Shown here: positions 42,701-52,718 of the stretch, piece after piece
How the letters are laid out: every line of letters starts with the position of its first letter
Numbering within the stretch: position 1 is the stretch's first letter
Assembly: GCF_036588685.1 (NCBI RefSeq)
Contig: NC_086379.1
Coordinates: 20,708,001 to 20,772,000, forward strand
Direction of reading: 5' to 3'
DNA length: 64,000 nt
DNA from: Mytilus trossulus
Taxonomy: Eukaryota
Notes under the pieces: model-generated
Databases searched by the model: none
Seen by the model: only the letters and a program-made list of their open reading frames with translations
Told to the model about the DNA's origin: nothing
Made by a program: the position numbers and the translations under genes

Positions 42701-44618
42701 GGTATATGCATGAAGAAAATGGTGCATAAAACCTGGGTTAAATATGTCAAAGGAGATACGCGATTTCTACATAAAGGCGCGTTTAATGATTCTCCACATC
42801 TCGCTGAAGTCTTCACAAATGTACAAAGATCTTGCAACTTTCAGTTAACAAAGCATAGAACTGCACATTTCGATATACTAGTTGATGTGTAATAAAAAAA
42901 TTCAACACAACGGATACACCGCGTTTTTGTAAGAAGCCCGTGAATTATTATTTTTCTATACAAAATTCAATACCAAAGATATAAAAAAGAAGATGTTGCA
43001 ATGAGAAAACACTCAACAAGAGAACATTTGGCACAATAATTAACATTTATAAGTAACCCTACCTTCTTCAACAATTAACAAAGGTCAATACCGCATAGTA
43101 AGCTATAAAAGGCTCCGAAATGACAATTATAAAATAATTCAAAGAGAAAACTAAGAGCTTCATTTTTAGCCATCGCGTTGTCAGTTTGTTTTAAGAATTA
43201 TGGGTTTGACTGTCCATTTGGTATCTTTCGTCCCTCTTTAGTGTACAAAAAATAAACGAAGAGCATGTATATATAACACATTATCAAACAACAACCATTT
43301 TATTAGAGGCTCTTGACTTGGAACAGTCACATACATACAGAATGTGGCGGGGTTAAACATGTTAGTGGAATACCAATCATCCCCCTAACCTAGGACAGTG
43401 GTGTAACAGTACTAAATAAGAACGAACTATAAAAAATCGGTTGAAAAATACTTAACTCATCGGAAGGATACAAATAGAAGTACATATAACAAAAACACAA
43501 AGTGGACGTGGCCTTGTATATCCCTACAATAAAACGATAGTCCGTCGGAAGGGGACGATAAATGGCTGACCCGTGTTAAGAGAGAGCCATATCTCTTGCA
43601 CGTAAAAGACACCCTTGTAGATTTCGAAAAAGAGTAGGCTAATCCGCTTCAAGGCAGCACTCGCACCCGCAAAGTGGAAAGGGATTAATATAAGTTGCAA
43701 AACTTGTTTCCCAATCCACTATAAATAAATATGTTTAAACTAACAATAAAAAGACACTAAGTTCTGATCTGAGAGTACTCACAGTTACTGACAATAAGAA
43801 AGCCACGAACAGCTAATAAAAAGAATCATGCCTCTAGGACAATCGTTTATTCCACGAATGCATTGAATATATATTTTTTTTTTAATTCAAGATTTGATTC
43901 TGTCGCGATCTTTATATATTTATATTTTAATACAGCTAAACGTAACATTATAAGCTGCGCGAAACACATGCCAAGCACTTTCTCAACATAAGAAAATAGA
44001 AAATAAACTCGCAAGACATTTTACCATAATCCGTATTTTGGATCAAAGTATATTCGCTTACTTTCAAACTATTTAAAACATTGCTTTTGCGTTGTATATT
44101 TCTTGTTCTTTTTTCGTTGGGTTTAAGAGACTGGATTTGTTCTTGGTGCCACGTGTGGATTTTTAATCGAACCGCTTTTTATTAAACTACTTTTTATTTC
44201 AAACAGGAAAAAATCCAACCACAGGAACTTAAATACAGCTGTTGATCATGCAGAGCCTGAAACTTACTCAGAACCAATCAAGAATACCGTTCCAGAAGAA
44301 AGTAGGAAATTAGTAGTCGAGAATACAATTCCAGAAGAAAATTTGAAATTAGTAAACGTTACAGAAGAAGGAATCTATAATCATTTGGGAGACTCAGAAA
44401 AAATGATCGAGATGAAACCACAAGATTCATCAATATATGATGTAACGGGAGATGATGAATACCACGTGTTTACAGGGAATGGAAAACAGACAACAAAAGA
44501 CGATGATGACCTGTATGATCGTGGAGGAGCAGCAAGTGATGTTTACAACACATTAAATGACACAGTAACACCAAACAGACCAGAGTCAGACACGTACAAT
44601 GTAATCAATGCAAAATGA
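719..44618 (+). CDS. Multi-exon gene (13 coding exons) for a type I transmembrane CTL-like/WSC/CTL-like receptor with tyrosine-rich cytoplasmic tail, about 586-588 aa
   Basis: Exons 719/725-782, 17021-17242, 25939-26063, 26939-27110, 28966-29097, 29629-29805, 32686-32787, 34696-34773, 37602-37670, 39974-40042, 41527-41592, 42071-42149 and 44207-44618 join through GT-AG introns with matching phases. They form one stop-free ORF (1761 nt from ATG 725) with a coherent domain order. Confidence 0.85.
5160..5620 (-). mobile_element. Degenerate Penelope-like RT N-terminal fragment
   Basis: KQRYIAGITNCSMKHLTPLLTLMLPAI resembles the PLE RxIAxSxxCSxKxLSxLLT motif. Frameshifted. Confidence 0.55.
6525..6568 (+). 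ncRNA. Minimal type I hammerhead ribozyme (family B, AUC cleavage after 6562)
   Basis: ACATCA-CTGAAGA-GACA tatat TGTC-GAAA-T ctag A-TC|TGGTGT. Core intact, stems I and II pair, palindromic loop 3. Confidence 0.8.
9673..10137 (-). mobile_element. Non-LTR retrozyme-like unit, family B (351-nt period)
   Basis: Direct repeats carry hammerheads at 9694 (intact) and 10045 (GAAA>GGAA). The unit is absent from the paralogous segment near 16400. Confidence 0.8.
9694..9737 (-). ncRNA. Minimal type I hammerhead ribozyme (family B)
   Basis: Reverse complement reads GCATCA-CTGAAGA-GACA tgtat TGTC-GAAA-T gcgc A-TC|TGGTGC. Confidence 0.85.
13170..13760 (+). mobile_element. Interspersed repeat insertion (AAAAGTAAAATCACAAAAATACTGAACTC family)
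   Basis: Absent from duplicate copy 1 near 8035. Shorter relatives at about 15500, 23070, 37120, 42590 and 58360-58485(-). Confidence 0.7.
14721..15460 (+). mobile_element. Interspersed repeat insertion (AAATTGAGAATGGAAATGGGGAATGTGTCAAAGAG family)
   Basis: Empty site at about 9475 in copy 1. The same terminus occurs at about 8910, 23808, 50858-50925(-), 58201 and 59260. Confidence 0.8.
15760..16202. mobile_element. MITE with imperfect TIRs (CAGTCATTGGAAGGTGTAAAC / GTTTACACCATCTAAGGGATG), TA flanks and internal CACCATA repeats
   Basis: Inverted termini and TA dinucleotides on both sides, Tc1/mariner-like. Confidence 0.6.
17021..17242 (+). CDS. Receptor exon 2: N-terminal half of CTL-like domain 1 (DQLSL...KWKEAFGSC...EYWIYG...GNM)
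   Basis: T-rich tract+GCAG acceptor, G|GTAATG donor, 222 nt, phase 1-1. Has WxxAxxxC and WIxG motifs. Confidence 0.85.
18557..19110 (-). mobile_element. PLE/retrozyme-related repeat with decayed hammerhead (relatives at 4240-4615 and 52225-52750)
   Basis: Shared AAAGGCAGCAGTAGTATACCGCTGTTCGAAA end and a degenerate CCAGACG...CAGTGACG motif. Confidence 0.65.
22651..23050 (-). mobile_element. Penelope-like element fragment: RT C-terminal coding remnant plus 3' repeat
   Basis: PIVNFPFLCSNNQLAPVYGVYIFQLTRYSR matches the PLE IVNFPFLSSNIPxxPAYGVYISQLIRY motif. The adjacent AAAAGAGGGACGAAAGATACC repeat recurs at 45791-46125 and 4860-5097. Confidence 0.75.
23340..23478 (+). mobile_element. Internally deleted tRNA-derived SINE
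   Basis: GGCCTCGGTGGCCGAGTGGTCTAAG A-box head and an A-rich tail. No B box. Confidence 0.55.
24145..24188 (-). ncRNA. Minimal type I hammerhead ribozyme (family A), solo copy within fragment 24110-24236
   Basis: Reverse complement reads ACGTCA-CTGATGA-GTCT tatgt AGAC-GAAA-C gcgc G-TC|TGGCGT. Confidence 0.85.
25401..25854. mobile_element. MITE, Kolobok/piggyBac-like (19-bp perfect TIR GGTGTCATACCACCAATTA, TTTA target duplication)
   Basis: TTTA|GGTG...CACC|TTTA. Confidence 0.8.
25939..26063 (+). CDS. Receptor exon 3: WSC domain N-half (GCFSL...NSATKCSRACPNKTEYIFMR)
   Basis: TTGTAG acceptor, AGG|GTAAGC donor, phase 1-0. Has the GCF and CxxxC WSC pattern. Confidence 0.9.
26478..26521 (+). ncRNA. 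Minimal type I hammerhead ribozyme (GUC cleavage after 26515)
   Basis: GCGTCA-CTGATGA-GTCT tctgt AGAC-GAAA-C gcgc G-TC|TGGCGT. Confidence 0.9.
26834..26877 (+). ncRNA. Minimal type I hammerhead ribozyme (GUC cleavage after 26871)
   Basis: GCGTCA-CTGATGA-GTCT tatgt AGAC-GAAA-C gcgc G-TC|TGGCGT. Confidence 0.9.
26939..27110 (+). CDS. Receptor exon 4: WSC domain C-half (DRECLC...CKNTCDGNSRDLCG...YSVY)
   Basis: TTTTAG acceptor, A|GTATGT donor, phase 0-1. CxC, CxxxCxG, CG and SVY complete the 8-Cys WSC signature. Confidence 0.9.
28966..29097 (+). CDS. Receptor exon 5: C-terminal half of CTL-like domain 1 (DTC...FIYTTCTAEQNYICE)
   Basis: TTTTAG acceptor, A|GTACGT donor, 132 nt, phase 1-1. C...C-x7-C(YICE) is a CTLD ending. 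Confidence 0.85.
29629..29805 (+). CDS. Receptor exon 6: N-half of CTL-like domain 2 (VSWNTAQESCQEQG...NFWSG...VWAN)
   Basis: Poly-T AG acceptor, G|GTATTA donor, 177 nt, phase 1-1. Has SWxxAxxxCxxxG and FWSG motifs. Confidence 0.88.
30172..30690 (+). mobile_element. Diverged family A retrozyme-like unit (period about 360 nt)
   Basis: Near-intact hammerhead at 30301-30344 (CTGATGA-GTCT..AGAC-GAAA-TGCACGTC|TGGC) and a truncated second copy at about 30662. Confidence 0.75.
30855..31177 (-). mobile_element. Partial family A retrozyme unit with intact hammerhead at 30888-30931
   Basis: Closely matches the reverse complement of 26585-26910. Confidence 0.82.
31203..32152 (+). mobile_element. Helentron/DINE-1-like non-autonomous element
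   Basis: T-rich flanks, 5' TATGCCC...GGGGCATA inverted repeat, GTCC microsatellite seed, internal degenerate tandem units, 3' GGGGCAT plus short hairpin. Confidence 0.55.
32686..32787 (+). CDS. Receptor exon 7: C-half of CTL-like domain 2 (DALCLKL...FETENCSTSLYSLC)
   Basis: TTTTAG acceptor, T|GTAAGT donor, 102 nt, phase 1-1. C...C-x7-C spacing. Confidence 0.85.
34095..34372 (+). mobile_element. Helentron/DINE-1-like element with (GTCC)n
   Basis: CTACGATAGTAG hairpin, (GTCC)n tract at about 34143-34190, 3' GGGGCATT. Confidence 0.6.
34696..34773 (+). CDS. Receptor exon 8: Ser/Thr-rich stalk (SKQHHTSSS...TTPSTQSYSST)
   Basis: TTACAG acceptor, G|GTTTGT donor, 78 nt, phase 1-1. Confidence 0.8.
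37602..37670 (+). CDS. Receptor exon 9: stalk repeat 1 (GRRTYESSTNTMSDLVEDNTKMF)
   Basis: AAG acceptor, G|GTAAAG donor, 69 nt, phase 1-1. Paralogous to exons 10 and 11. Confidence 0.7.
39974..40042 (+). CDS. Receptor exon 10: stalk repeat 2 (GRTTYGSSFHTKSDSVEQNTKQF)
   Basis: AAG acceptor, G|GTAAAT donor, 69 nt, phase 1-1. Confidence 0.7.
40209..40792. mobile_element. Foldback MITE with 171-bp TIRs and TA target duplication (Tc1/mariner-like)
   Basis: 40209-40379 is a near-perfect reverse complement of 40622-40792. This explains the mirror ORFs 40236+ and 40574-. Confidence 0.9.
41527..41592 (+). CDS. Receptor exon 11: stalk repeat 3 (GRITIRSPVNAESGSDEDKTDF)
   Basis: AAG acceptor, A|GTAAGG donor, 66 nt, phase 1-1. 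Confidence 0.72.
42071..42149 (+). CDS. Receptor exon 12: transmembrane helix (IPLVAGSVGGFVAIVIVVIVVCIIQRR)
   Basis: Poly-T AG acceptor, AG|GTAAAC donor, phase 1-2. About 24 hydrophobic residues followed by a basic stop-transfer sequence. Confidence 0.92.
43535..43742 (+). mobile_element. 5'-truncated SINE with Deu/Nin-like domain and 9-bp TSD ACAATAAAA
   Basis: GTCGGAAGGGGACGATAAA...CACGTAAAAGAC...TTCGAAAAAGAGTAGG resembles the Deu-domain consensus. TSD at 43526-43534 and 43743-43751. Confidence 0.65.
44207..44618 (+). CDS. Receptor exon 13: cytoplasmic tail with 7 Tyr (TYSEP, IYNHL, IYDVT, EYHVF, LYDRG, VYNTL, TYNVI) and stop
   Basis: AACAG acceptor in phase 2, open frame to TGA at 44616-44618. 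Includes track ORF 44343..44618. Confidence 0.9.
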
Positions 44619-45093
44619 TGTGAACTAGCATTACGGTTGCCTGGTCTTCTTGGTTGACCGTGTACGATTTCAAAAGAACCACATTCCTGCATGAACAATG
44701 GAGATGTCTATTCTTCATTTAAGTTCATACGGCTTTAAAGCTTTATAAATCATTCCTCTTTTAATCTTTTTAACTGATATGTGTAAGATAAATCTTTTTA
44801 TTTTATAGAAGATATATAAATGGCAATAAGTATTAATTAAAGGAGATGTACATGTTGGCAGAGACCGGGAACAAATGAAAAGGTGTACTGTATATGTTTA
44901 GTTCATTTTATGCAAATGCACCCCATAAATATTTTCTTTTTACTTTCTTTATTATTTTATACATTTCAAATTTTTTTTATTTATTTTTTACTATAGCATA
45001 TAGATTTCACAATTTTGAAAATGTATATAGAAAATTGTGAAAAAAACTGTTTCATTGTTATTTTCTGTGAAATTATGATGTTAACTGGATGAA

Positions 45094-45099
45094 AATAAA
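45094..45099 (+). terminator. Candidate polyadenylation signal AATAAA of the receptor gene
   Basis: AATAAA about 480 nt after the stop with a T/GT-rich tract at about 45160-45190. The AT-rich background makes this weak. Confidence 0.3.
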
Positions 45100-48074
45100 T
45101 ATCATATCTTGCAAGATCAAATGATTAAAATGGCTTCATTGTGATCTCACAGAAATTAGTTTTTGGTGGGTTTTTTTTGTCTTTTGAATGTATCTTGAAG
45201 GCATGTGGAATATATAATCACTGGGCGCACAACATGCACTTTAAGATTAATACTGATCTTTAACATGTGAAGAAACAACCAAGTTGAAAAGACAAGGGCT
45301 TTACTGTGTTTTTACTCTTCTCGACCTACAATAGACTGACAAAGCCATTTAAGGTCAGTGTAACAACTCTCCATCTAAGTAACAATTCATAAAAGTAAAC
45401 CATTAAAGGCCAAGGTACGGTATTATTCAACACGGAACTTGGCTCACACCGAATAGCAAACTATAAAGGGTCCCCAAAATTACCAGTGTAAAACCATTCA
45501 AACAAGAAACCAAACGTTTTGATCTATATAAACACATATTAACATACATATATGTACTTGACTGGATGACAAATATTCCATTTAACATTGCGTTCTTGAT
45601 TCAATCGAATGGTGTAAATTTAGTGGAAATATCAGTACATTCACTTCTCAAGGTATTTTTCAAAATCTTAATTTTATGTTTTGATAGTTTTAAAAAAAAG
45701 CTTTCAGATAAGTATGATATACACAAGCTTTTACTAGGCATCATGAATTGGTCATAAATTTGACTAAGCTATATAAGTAGCGTTATCTTCAAAAGAGGGA
45801 CGAAAGATACCAAAGGGACAGTCAAACTCATAAATCTAAAACAAACTGACAACTCCATGGCTAAAAATGAAAAAGACAAACAGACAAACAATAGTACACA
45901 TGACACAACACGAACCCGACCAAAGCTAGGTGTGATCTCAGGTGTTCCGAAAGGATAAGCAGATCCTGCTCCACATGTGGCACCCGTCGTGTTGCTAACA
46001 ATGTATGTGATATTTAATCCGGTAAATAGTCCAATTCGAAAGGTCACATTTATGAAGGGGAAGGGGGTTGTAGTTACGACGCAAGGAACATATCCGATAT
46101 TATTTGAGAAACGTTTTTTCCATAACCAAATGTTGGTATAGACAGAGGTTATGATTAATTTTTTAATAACTAATAGAATAGTGAAAAAATAATCTGAATA
46201 CCTCAATGTTTTAGCTCATCTACATTAAACTTTCCTGTGAGATTATAACATTCTTTTATCATAGCAATGCATGATAAGATTGTCCCACCCAAGGGTTCAC
46301 ATTTTCGATGAGAAATGTTGATTAATTTAGAAAAATAGTTAAGAGACAGCTAACTATGCACTTGGTTACAAGATTAGTCCACCATTGTTTGTTGTTGATA
46401 TACTACTTTTACATTTTGATTTTCGAAAGTCGCAGAAAACGAGACTAATATTTATTTATCCGGTGGCAGCGGCGGCGTAAACTCTTTGAATCAAGCTAAA
46501 TACACAGAGTAGAAGACCTGCGTTCTACATATCTTGTATGCCGATACCTTATGTTACAAAGTTTCCAGTTTTTATATGTCCATTGGCTTTGACCTCATTT
46601 TCATCGGTAAGTGATTGCTTGAAAATCTAGAGGCTCTTAAGTGCATGTGCCGCTCATCTTGGTCTATGTACATATTCAACATTAGAAACTCTCCTAAACT
46701 GAAGACAACAAAATGATTCATGACAAAAAAATCAGTTTAGATGAACTTGTATATACTTATCATAAAGCCAGTTTAGTTTCTTTTTAACTTCTTTAACTTT
46801 GCTTAAAACACAAAAGAGGATAAACAAAATCATCATTAAAGGGCAACCACTCCAATAAAGAGTAAGTCTTCATAACTGTATCGTCAAAGTTTGAATTGTT
46901 AGTAGATCTTGACTCATTGGTCACTTTGTGGTTTCAAAATAGATACATTTAGGCTGATTTAGGTCAAATTTGGATAAATTGGACCAAACAGTTTGAGACT
47001 GCAAGATTTTTGTGAAAGCACAGATATATTCACCTGATGAACATGTGTACCCCATGTCAGATTGGCTCTAAATGCTTTAGGTCAGAGGTATCAGTCAAAA
47101 TCTTCATTTTACCACCATGTCCTATTTTTAGCCATTGTGGCCATCAACGTTGATGGTCAGGGTCATCGGATACAATTTCGTCAACTAGGATTAAATTGGC
47201 CCTACAGTCTCAGTGAAGAAGATTTTTGTAAAAGTCTTGAAAGGGCATTCACTCATTATGAGGTCAATTGACAACTTTACTTTGCTGAACAAATTTTGAT
47301 ATTTACAGTTTATCTCCATCTATTATAATGTTCAAGATAATAACCAAAAACTGTAAAATTTCCTTAAAATTACCAATTCAGGGGCAGCAACCCATCAACG
47401 GGTTGTCTGATGCGTGAAAAGTTCAGCACATATAGATCTTCACCCGATGAACAATTTTTCCCCATGTAAGATTTGCTCTAAATGCTTAAGTTTTAGAGAT
47501 ATAAGTAAAAAAAATACATTTTACCCCAATATTCTACTTTTAGCCAGGGCGGCCCGGACATGGTCATCGGACATCATTTTTAAACTGGTAACATTAAGGA
47601 TAATTTAGACGTTACATATCAGAAAAAGTGAGCGATGAGAGATTGGTTTTTAATAAGATTAATGGAATGATTGTACGAAGTGTATTCCCTATCATGATTT
47701 CCTTGAAAGATGGTGACTGTTCACACGAAAGCTATTAAACCAAGAGTTCCAAATGATGAAGTTGAAATCATCACTTCGTAAATTTTACAGACGCCATCAC
47801 GAGTTCGTTGACTGTTATGAATAATAAGGTGATATTGAATGTTTTCTTTATATCCCCTTCCCTTTTCACGAAGGTGACCTAAGAAATTACACTATTTACC
47901 GGGTGTGTATTAACATGAACAATAATACGGGTGCCACATGTTTGTGTTTTCCCCTAAGTTTTATTTTTAGCCATGATTGTCCATGGATCAAAACGTTGGA
48001 TACAATTTATAGACTAGATAACCTAAATTCTTTCTCCAATACATTTGACCAGTGTGTGTCAGCGATATTTTCAG

Positions 48075-49140
48075 TTCCTATGCGTGAACATAAGCTTGAC
48101 GAAATCAGAAAACAAATTATTTTGGGGAATAAATACATTAAATTTGATAACAAATGTCTTTTTTCAAAAATTGGATAAAAGGTAACTTAATTCATATAAA
48201 TGATATTTTAAATGAAAATGGTGAAATTTCACAAGATATAATTTTGCAAAAAATTAAAATAAAACCAACTGGATAGCTGAGTTGACATCTCTAAAAAAAA
48301 AAAAAAAAAAGCAATTCCAAAAGATTGGTTACAATGTCTTAGATCAGAGAATTCAACAAGTATAATCAATGTCAAAAGACAATGTGTGTCAATAAGTGGT
48401 AATTATATTGACATTTCTTTTTTGTCAAATAAGTTATTATATAACAGATTAGTAAAGAAAAAAATGTGAAACCTATTGGTATAAATGTATGGTTCAATGT
48501 ATTACCATTACAGATATAATTTCATTTGAAACCATTGTACAACTTTTTTTTTTACTATTTAGAAGAAAATAAACTGAAGATGAATCGATGGAAACTTTTA
48601 CAAAGCATTTTACCTACTAAAAAGTTATTATTTAGATGGAAGGTAACAGACAATGATTTATGTAACAAATGCTGTACTGAAGAAGATTATCAACATTACT
48701 TTATGCCATGTTCTGTTTTTACACGATTTTTGGAGAAAAATTCATAATTTATTCCAAAAAGTAAATATAGAAAAAGATTTCACATTGAAAGATATTGTTT
48801 TTGGCTATTAAATATCTGATAAATATTACTTTGGCTTTAACTTTTTTATAACTTTTATTGGGTGTTCAATTTATAAATCCTACTATGTATCTGATCAGAA
48901 AATGAAAAGACTTGATGTTTTTTGTCTATTCATTAGAGAATTCACAAAACGAATGCATTATTCAAAGAAGTTAAAAGAAGATTATTTTTTAGTTAATGTT
49001 AAGAAACATTTATTAGATTGATGTTTTATTTATTAATATAATAGAATTGAAATTTATATGTACTTTCACAAGGAGCTTGGACTTGTTGAAGACAATGTAA
49101 CAAGCAACTGATGAAAATAAAGGAATTTTAAAAATAAAAA
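48075..49140 (+). mobile_element. 5'-truncated, frameshifted L1/Tx1-type LINE ORF2 3' end
   Basis: KQIILGNKYIK...W...INDI and RWKLLQSILPT...LCNKC..EED..HYF..C (zf-RVT-like), followed by AATAAA and an A-rich tail. Confidence 0.7.
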
Positions 49141-51602
49141 TGCTTGAGTGGCCTTGTTATCTACGTAACTAACCAAACCATCTGGTCTCACCTTGTTTGA
49201 AGCTAATGCGGGTTTTTTTTTTGTTTGTTTGGTTTTTTTTTTGTTTTTTTTTTTGTTTTTTGTTTTTTTTTATTTAAAATATAAGTGACGAATAGGAGCA
49301 ATAATCATAACAATGTAGACATGTGTCTTTCTGATTTTAGGGATTTTAGGTTGTTTCTGTTTTAATCCTGTTATTTGGTTCCTCATCAATAAATGACGAA
49401 TTATCTGCTATATCCTATTATCCTGATATCATAGATTATGAAAGTCACATATTTTGCATGTTCATTATCTTAAAAATCCGAAAAGGTTGTTGCAAAGTCA
49501 AAACAAAAAAATAACAAAATAATATTATTTTAATTTATTATTTAAGAATTGAATGCTTCTTTTTGTAAATTTATTGGGTGGTAAAAGCGTTGACCGAAGT
49601 ACATTTTGTATGAAGCGCGGAAGCGCTTTATTCTAAAAATGTACGCACGGTCAACGCTTTTACAACCCTATAAAGTTTCAAAAAGAAGTATTCAATACTT
49701 ATAATTACATTTTTTTAGCTAAAATCATGAAAACACGATTTTTATCCAGTTTTACTTAATTCACAGGCTGTGCACTTTTTTGTGGGACCTCGTGTCATCA
49801 TGCAGGATAAATGTTATTGTCTGATGCAATTGTTTACGGAATAACATGTTAGCCAATCAGAATAACGTATTATAATGAAACTTAAATCTAATGTAATTAT
49901 TTTATTGCACAACGCATTCGACAATTCGTCCATTGAAATATTGCGATGACCACATACAGTTCTATGGACAAGTTTTCTGAAAAATTAAAACATGAAAGAG
50001 TTAAGACGAAATATTTTTGCTCAAATAATTACATTACTTTCAAATGCAATAAAATACTCTGTAAACAAAAACAGATTGAAATTTGATTGTACAAAAAAAG
50101 TTGGACTACATAAACAAACATGAACGTAATGGTGAAACAAAACTTCTTAAATAAATAGAAATCATTCGTAACAACAATACTTTATAATTGACGGGTGTCA
50201 CATGATCCGCCTACCCTACAGCTGATATCCTTACTAGTTTAAGGAAGATTTCATGTTGCTTAGCTGTATATATTTTGTAAACTGTTGTTTTGTCTATTGT
50301 TGAATTTAGTTCACCTGATGCCTGTCGTATACAGTCTGTCATCTTTCGTGGTCTTCTAAATAAGTTTCACAGTTTGACGTCACGAGATAACATCTTATGT
50401 TCTCAACGTCACTACCTCCCCTGTAACTGGAGTGTATGCCATTAACTCTGTAGTTATGCCCCCTATAAATTAGATGATTAGTCTGAAATTGTATCCATGA
50501 TTTTGAAAATTGTCAATTATTCATTTCATTCATTCCAATTCCAATTCAATTAAACTCCATCAGGCAAAGTTGACCTTAGATGGATTTTTTTTTTATCTTT
50601 TTAAGCACATTTGGTTAAATAGGTCTTCAACTGGTTTGATTCTTAACCAACGTTTTAATTCAAATATTTGAATGGGGGCTTGATATGCGCTGTCGACGTA
50701 AGCACTTTATAATCGTCGTTTAAATTTGTATAGCACTTCGACGATACTGCATCTGATGCACTGCCTATTATTTTTGTCATAGTTTTGTGAGTTTTTTCTC
50801 GACTTTTTTTTCACAATAAAACATAATTAATAAAAATAAAAGAGCTATTGGTGACATTCTGCTGTTGTCTGTTCTATGGTTGATATGTTGTCTCTTTGGC
50901 ACATTACCCATTTCCATTCTCAATTTTATTAGTACAGCCGAATTGCAATCAAAAATTGTTATTTTCACCAACTCAATGAACATATTCTTCGAAATTGTAA
51001 CTCATGAATAGATAAAGTTATTTCCCAGATTTGGGAATCATAAGTCATTTGCGGATGTAAGGCGGACTACTTCAAAGGGATATTCAAGCCCAGTTATCGA
51101 AGACAAAATGAAAATGCCCTGGCAAAAAAAAACCGAAAACATCTATACGACAAACAACAATTTGGGAATGACTGTTATATTCTTTCTGTCTATGAAGAAA
51201 TAACATAAAAACTGTTGTGCACGGTGTATAACGCGCGTAGCGGGTTAGTTAACAGTGTGCACCACATGTTTTATTTCATTTCGAATAGACAGAAAAAATT
51301 ATTACAGTCATTTCTTATAATTAAATTCTGATTTTCATTTTAATCCGGAGAAAAACATGAAAAAACGTTGCTGACGTCAAGGACACATGACTGAATTATG
51401 TCTATGAGCTGATAAACAAAACGACGTCACCCAATCAGAAGACGCGTTACATCAAAAATTTAATTATCCTACAATAAATAACAGAGAAAAACTACAGACT
51501 TTACTTTCAAGAACGCTACCGAAAACCGTGGGTGATAACAGGTGCCCAATGTTTTGTCCCTTCGTACTAATCATGTATTTAACAAATTCGATGATAAGTC
51601 CC

Positions 51603-52222
51603 ATTCATTGAACACACTGATGATATGTCTAATTCATTGAACTCACTGACGTTATGCCTCATTCATTGAACACACGGACGATACGCCTCATTCATTGAAC
51701 ACATGGACGATATGCTTCATTCATTGAACACACTGATGATATGCCTCCTTCATTGAACACACGGACGATACGCCTCATTCATTGAACACACGGACGATAC
51801 GCCTCATTCAATGAACACACGGACGATACGCCTCATTCATTGAATACACTGATGATATGCCTCATTCATTGAACACACGGACGATACGCCTCATTCATTG
51901 AACACACGGACGGTACGCCTCATGCGTTGAACACACTGATGATATGCCTTATTCATTGAACACACGGACGATACGCCTCATTCATTAAACACACGGTCGA
52001 TACGTCTCATTCATTGAACACACGGACGATACGTTTCATTCATTGAACACACGGACGATACGTCTCACTGATTGAACACACGGACGTCTCATTCATCTAA
52101 CACACTGACGATACGTCTCATTCATTGAACACACTGACGATACGTCTTATTAATTGAACACACTGATGATGTGCCTCATTCATTGAACACACTAATGATA
52201 CGTCTTATTCATTGAACACACT
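51603..52222. repeat. 29-bp minisatellite, about 21 units (ATTCATTGAACACACGGACGATACGCCTC)
   Basis: Head-to-tail units with no spacers. Confidence 0.95.
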
Positions 52223-52718
52223 AAAACTGAGGAAAAAACATCACATATAAGAGGAGAACTACGACATAACAGAATCACAACATTTAAATTTAACACACAC
52301 AGAAACGAACTATAATATAACAATGGCTGTTTTCCTGACTTGGTACCGGACATTTTTAAGAAAATCAATGTTGGGTTGAACCTGGTTTTGTGGTATTCCA
52401 ACCCTCCCGCTTATATGGAAATATTAAATATGACATTATTATGACATCATTACATGACAGGACTATAACACAAATAAATGGGAGAACATATAGGAAAGAG
52501 AAACAAACGGTTAATAGCTAACAAAGGGTACCAGGTTTAAGATTTATTACGCCAGACGCGCTTTTCGTCCACACAAGACTAATAAGTGACGCTCAGATAA
52601 AAAAAGGTCGAAACCCAAAACAAGTACAAAGTTGAAGAGCATTGACGACCAAAGGTTCCCAAAAGTTGTGCCTAATACGGCTAGGATATACTAGAACATC
52701 CTTATTATTTAGAATAAT

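Noticed and set aside
51603-52222. CRISPR-like array; also contains CTGATGA
   Set aside because: Units are contiguous with no unique spacers, there are no cas genes, and the context is eukaryotic. There is no stem II or GAAA, so it is not a hammerhead.
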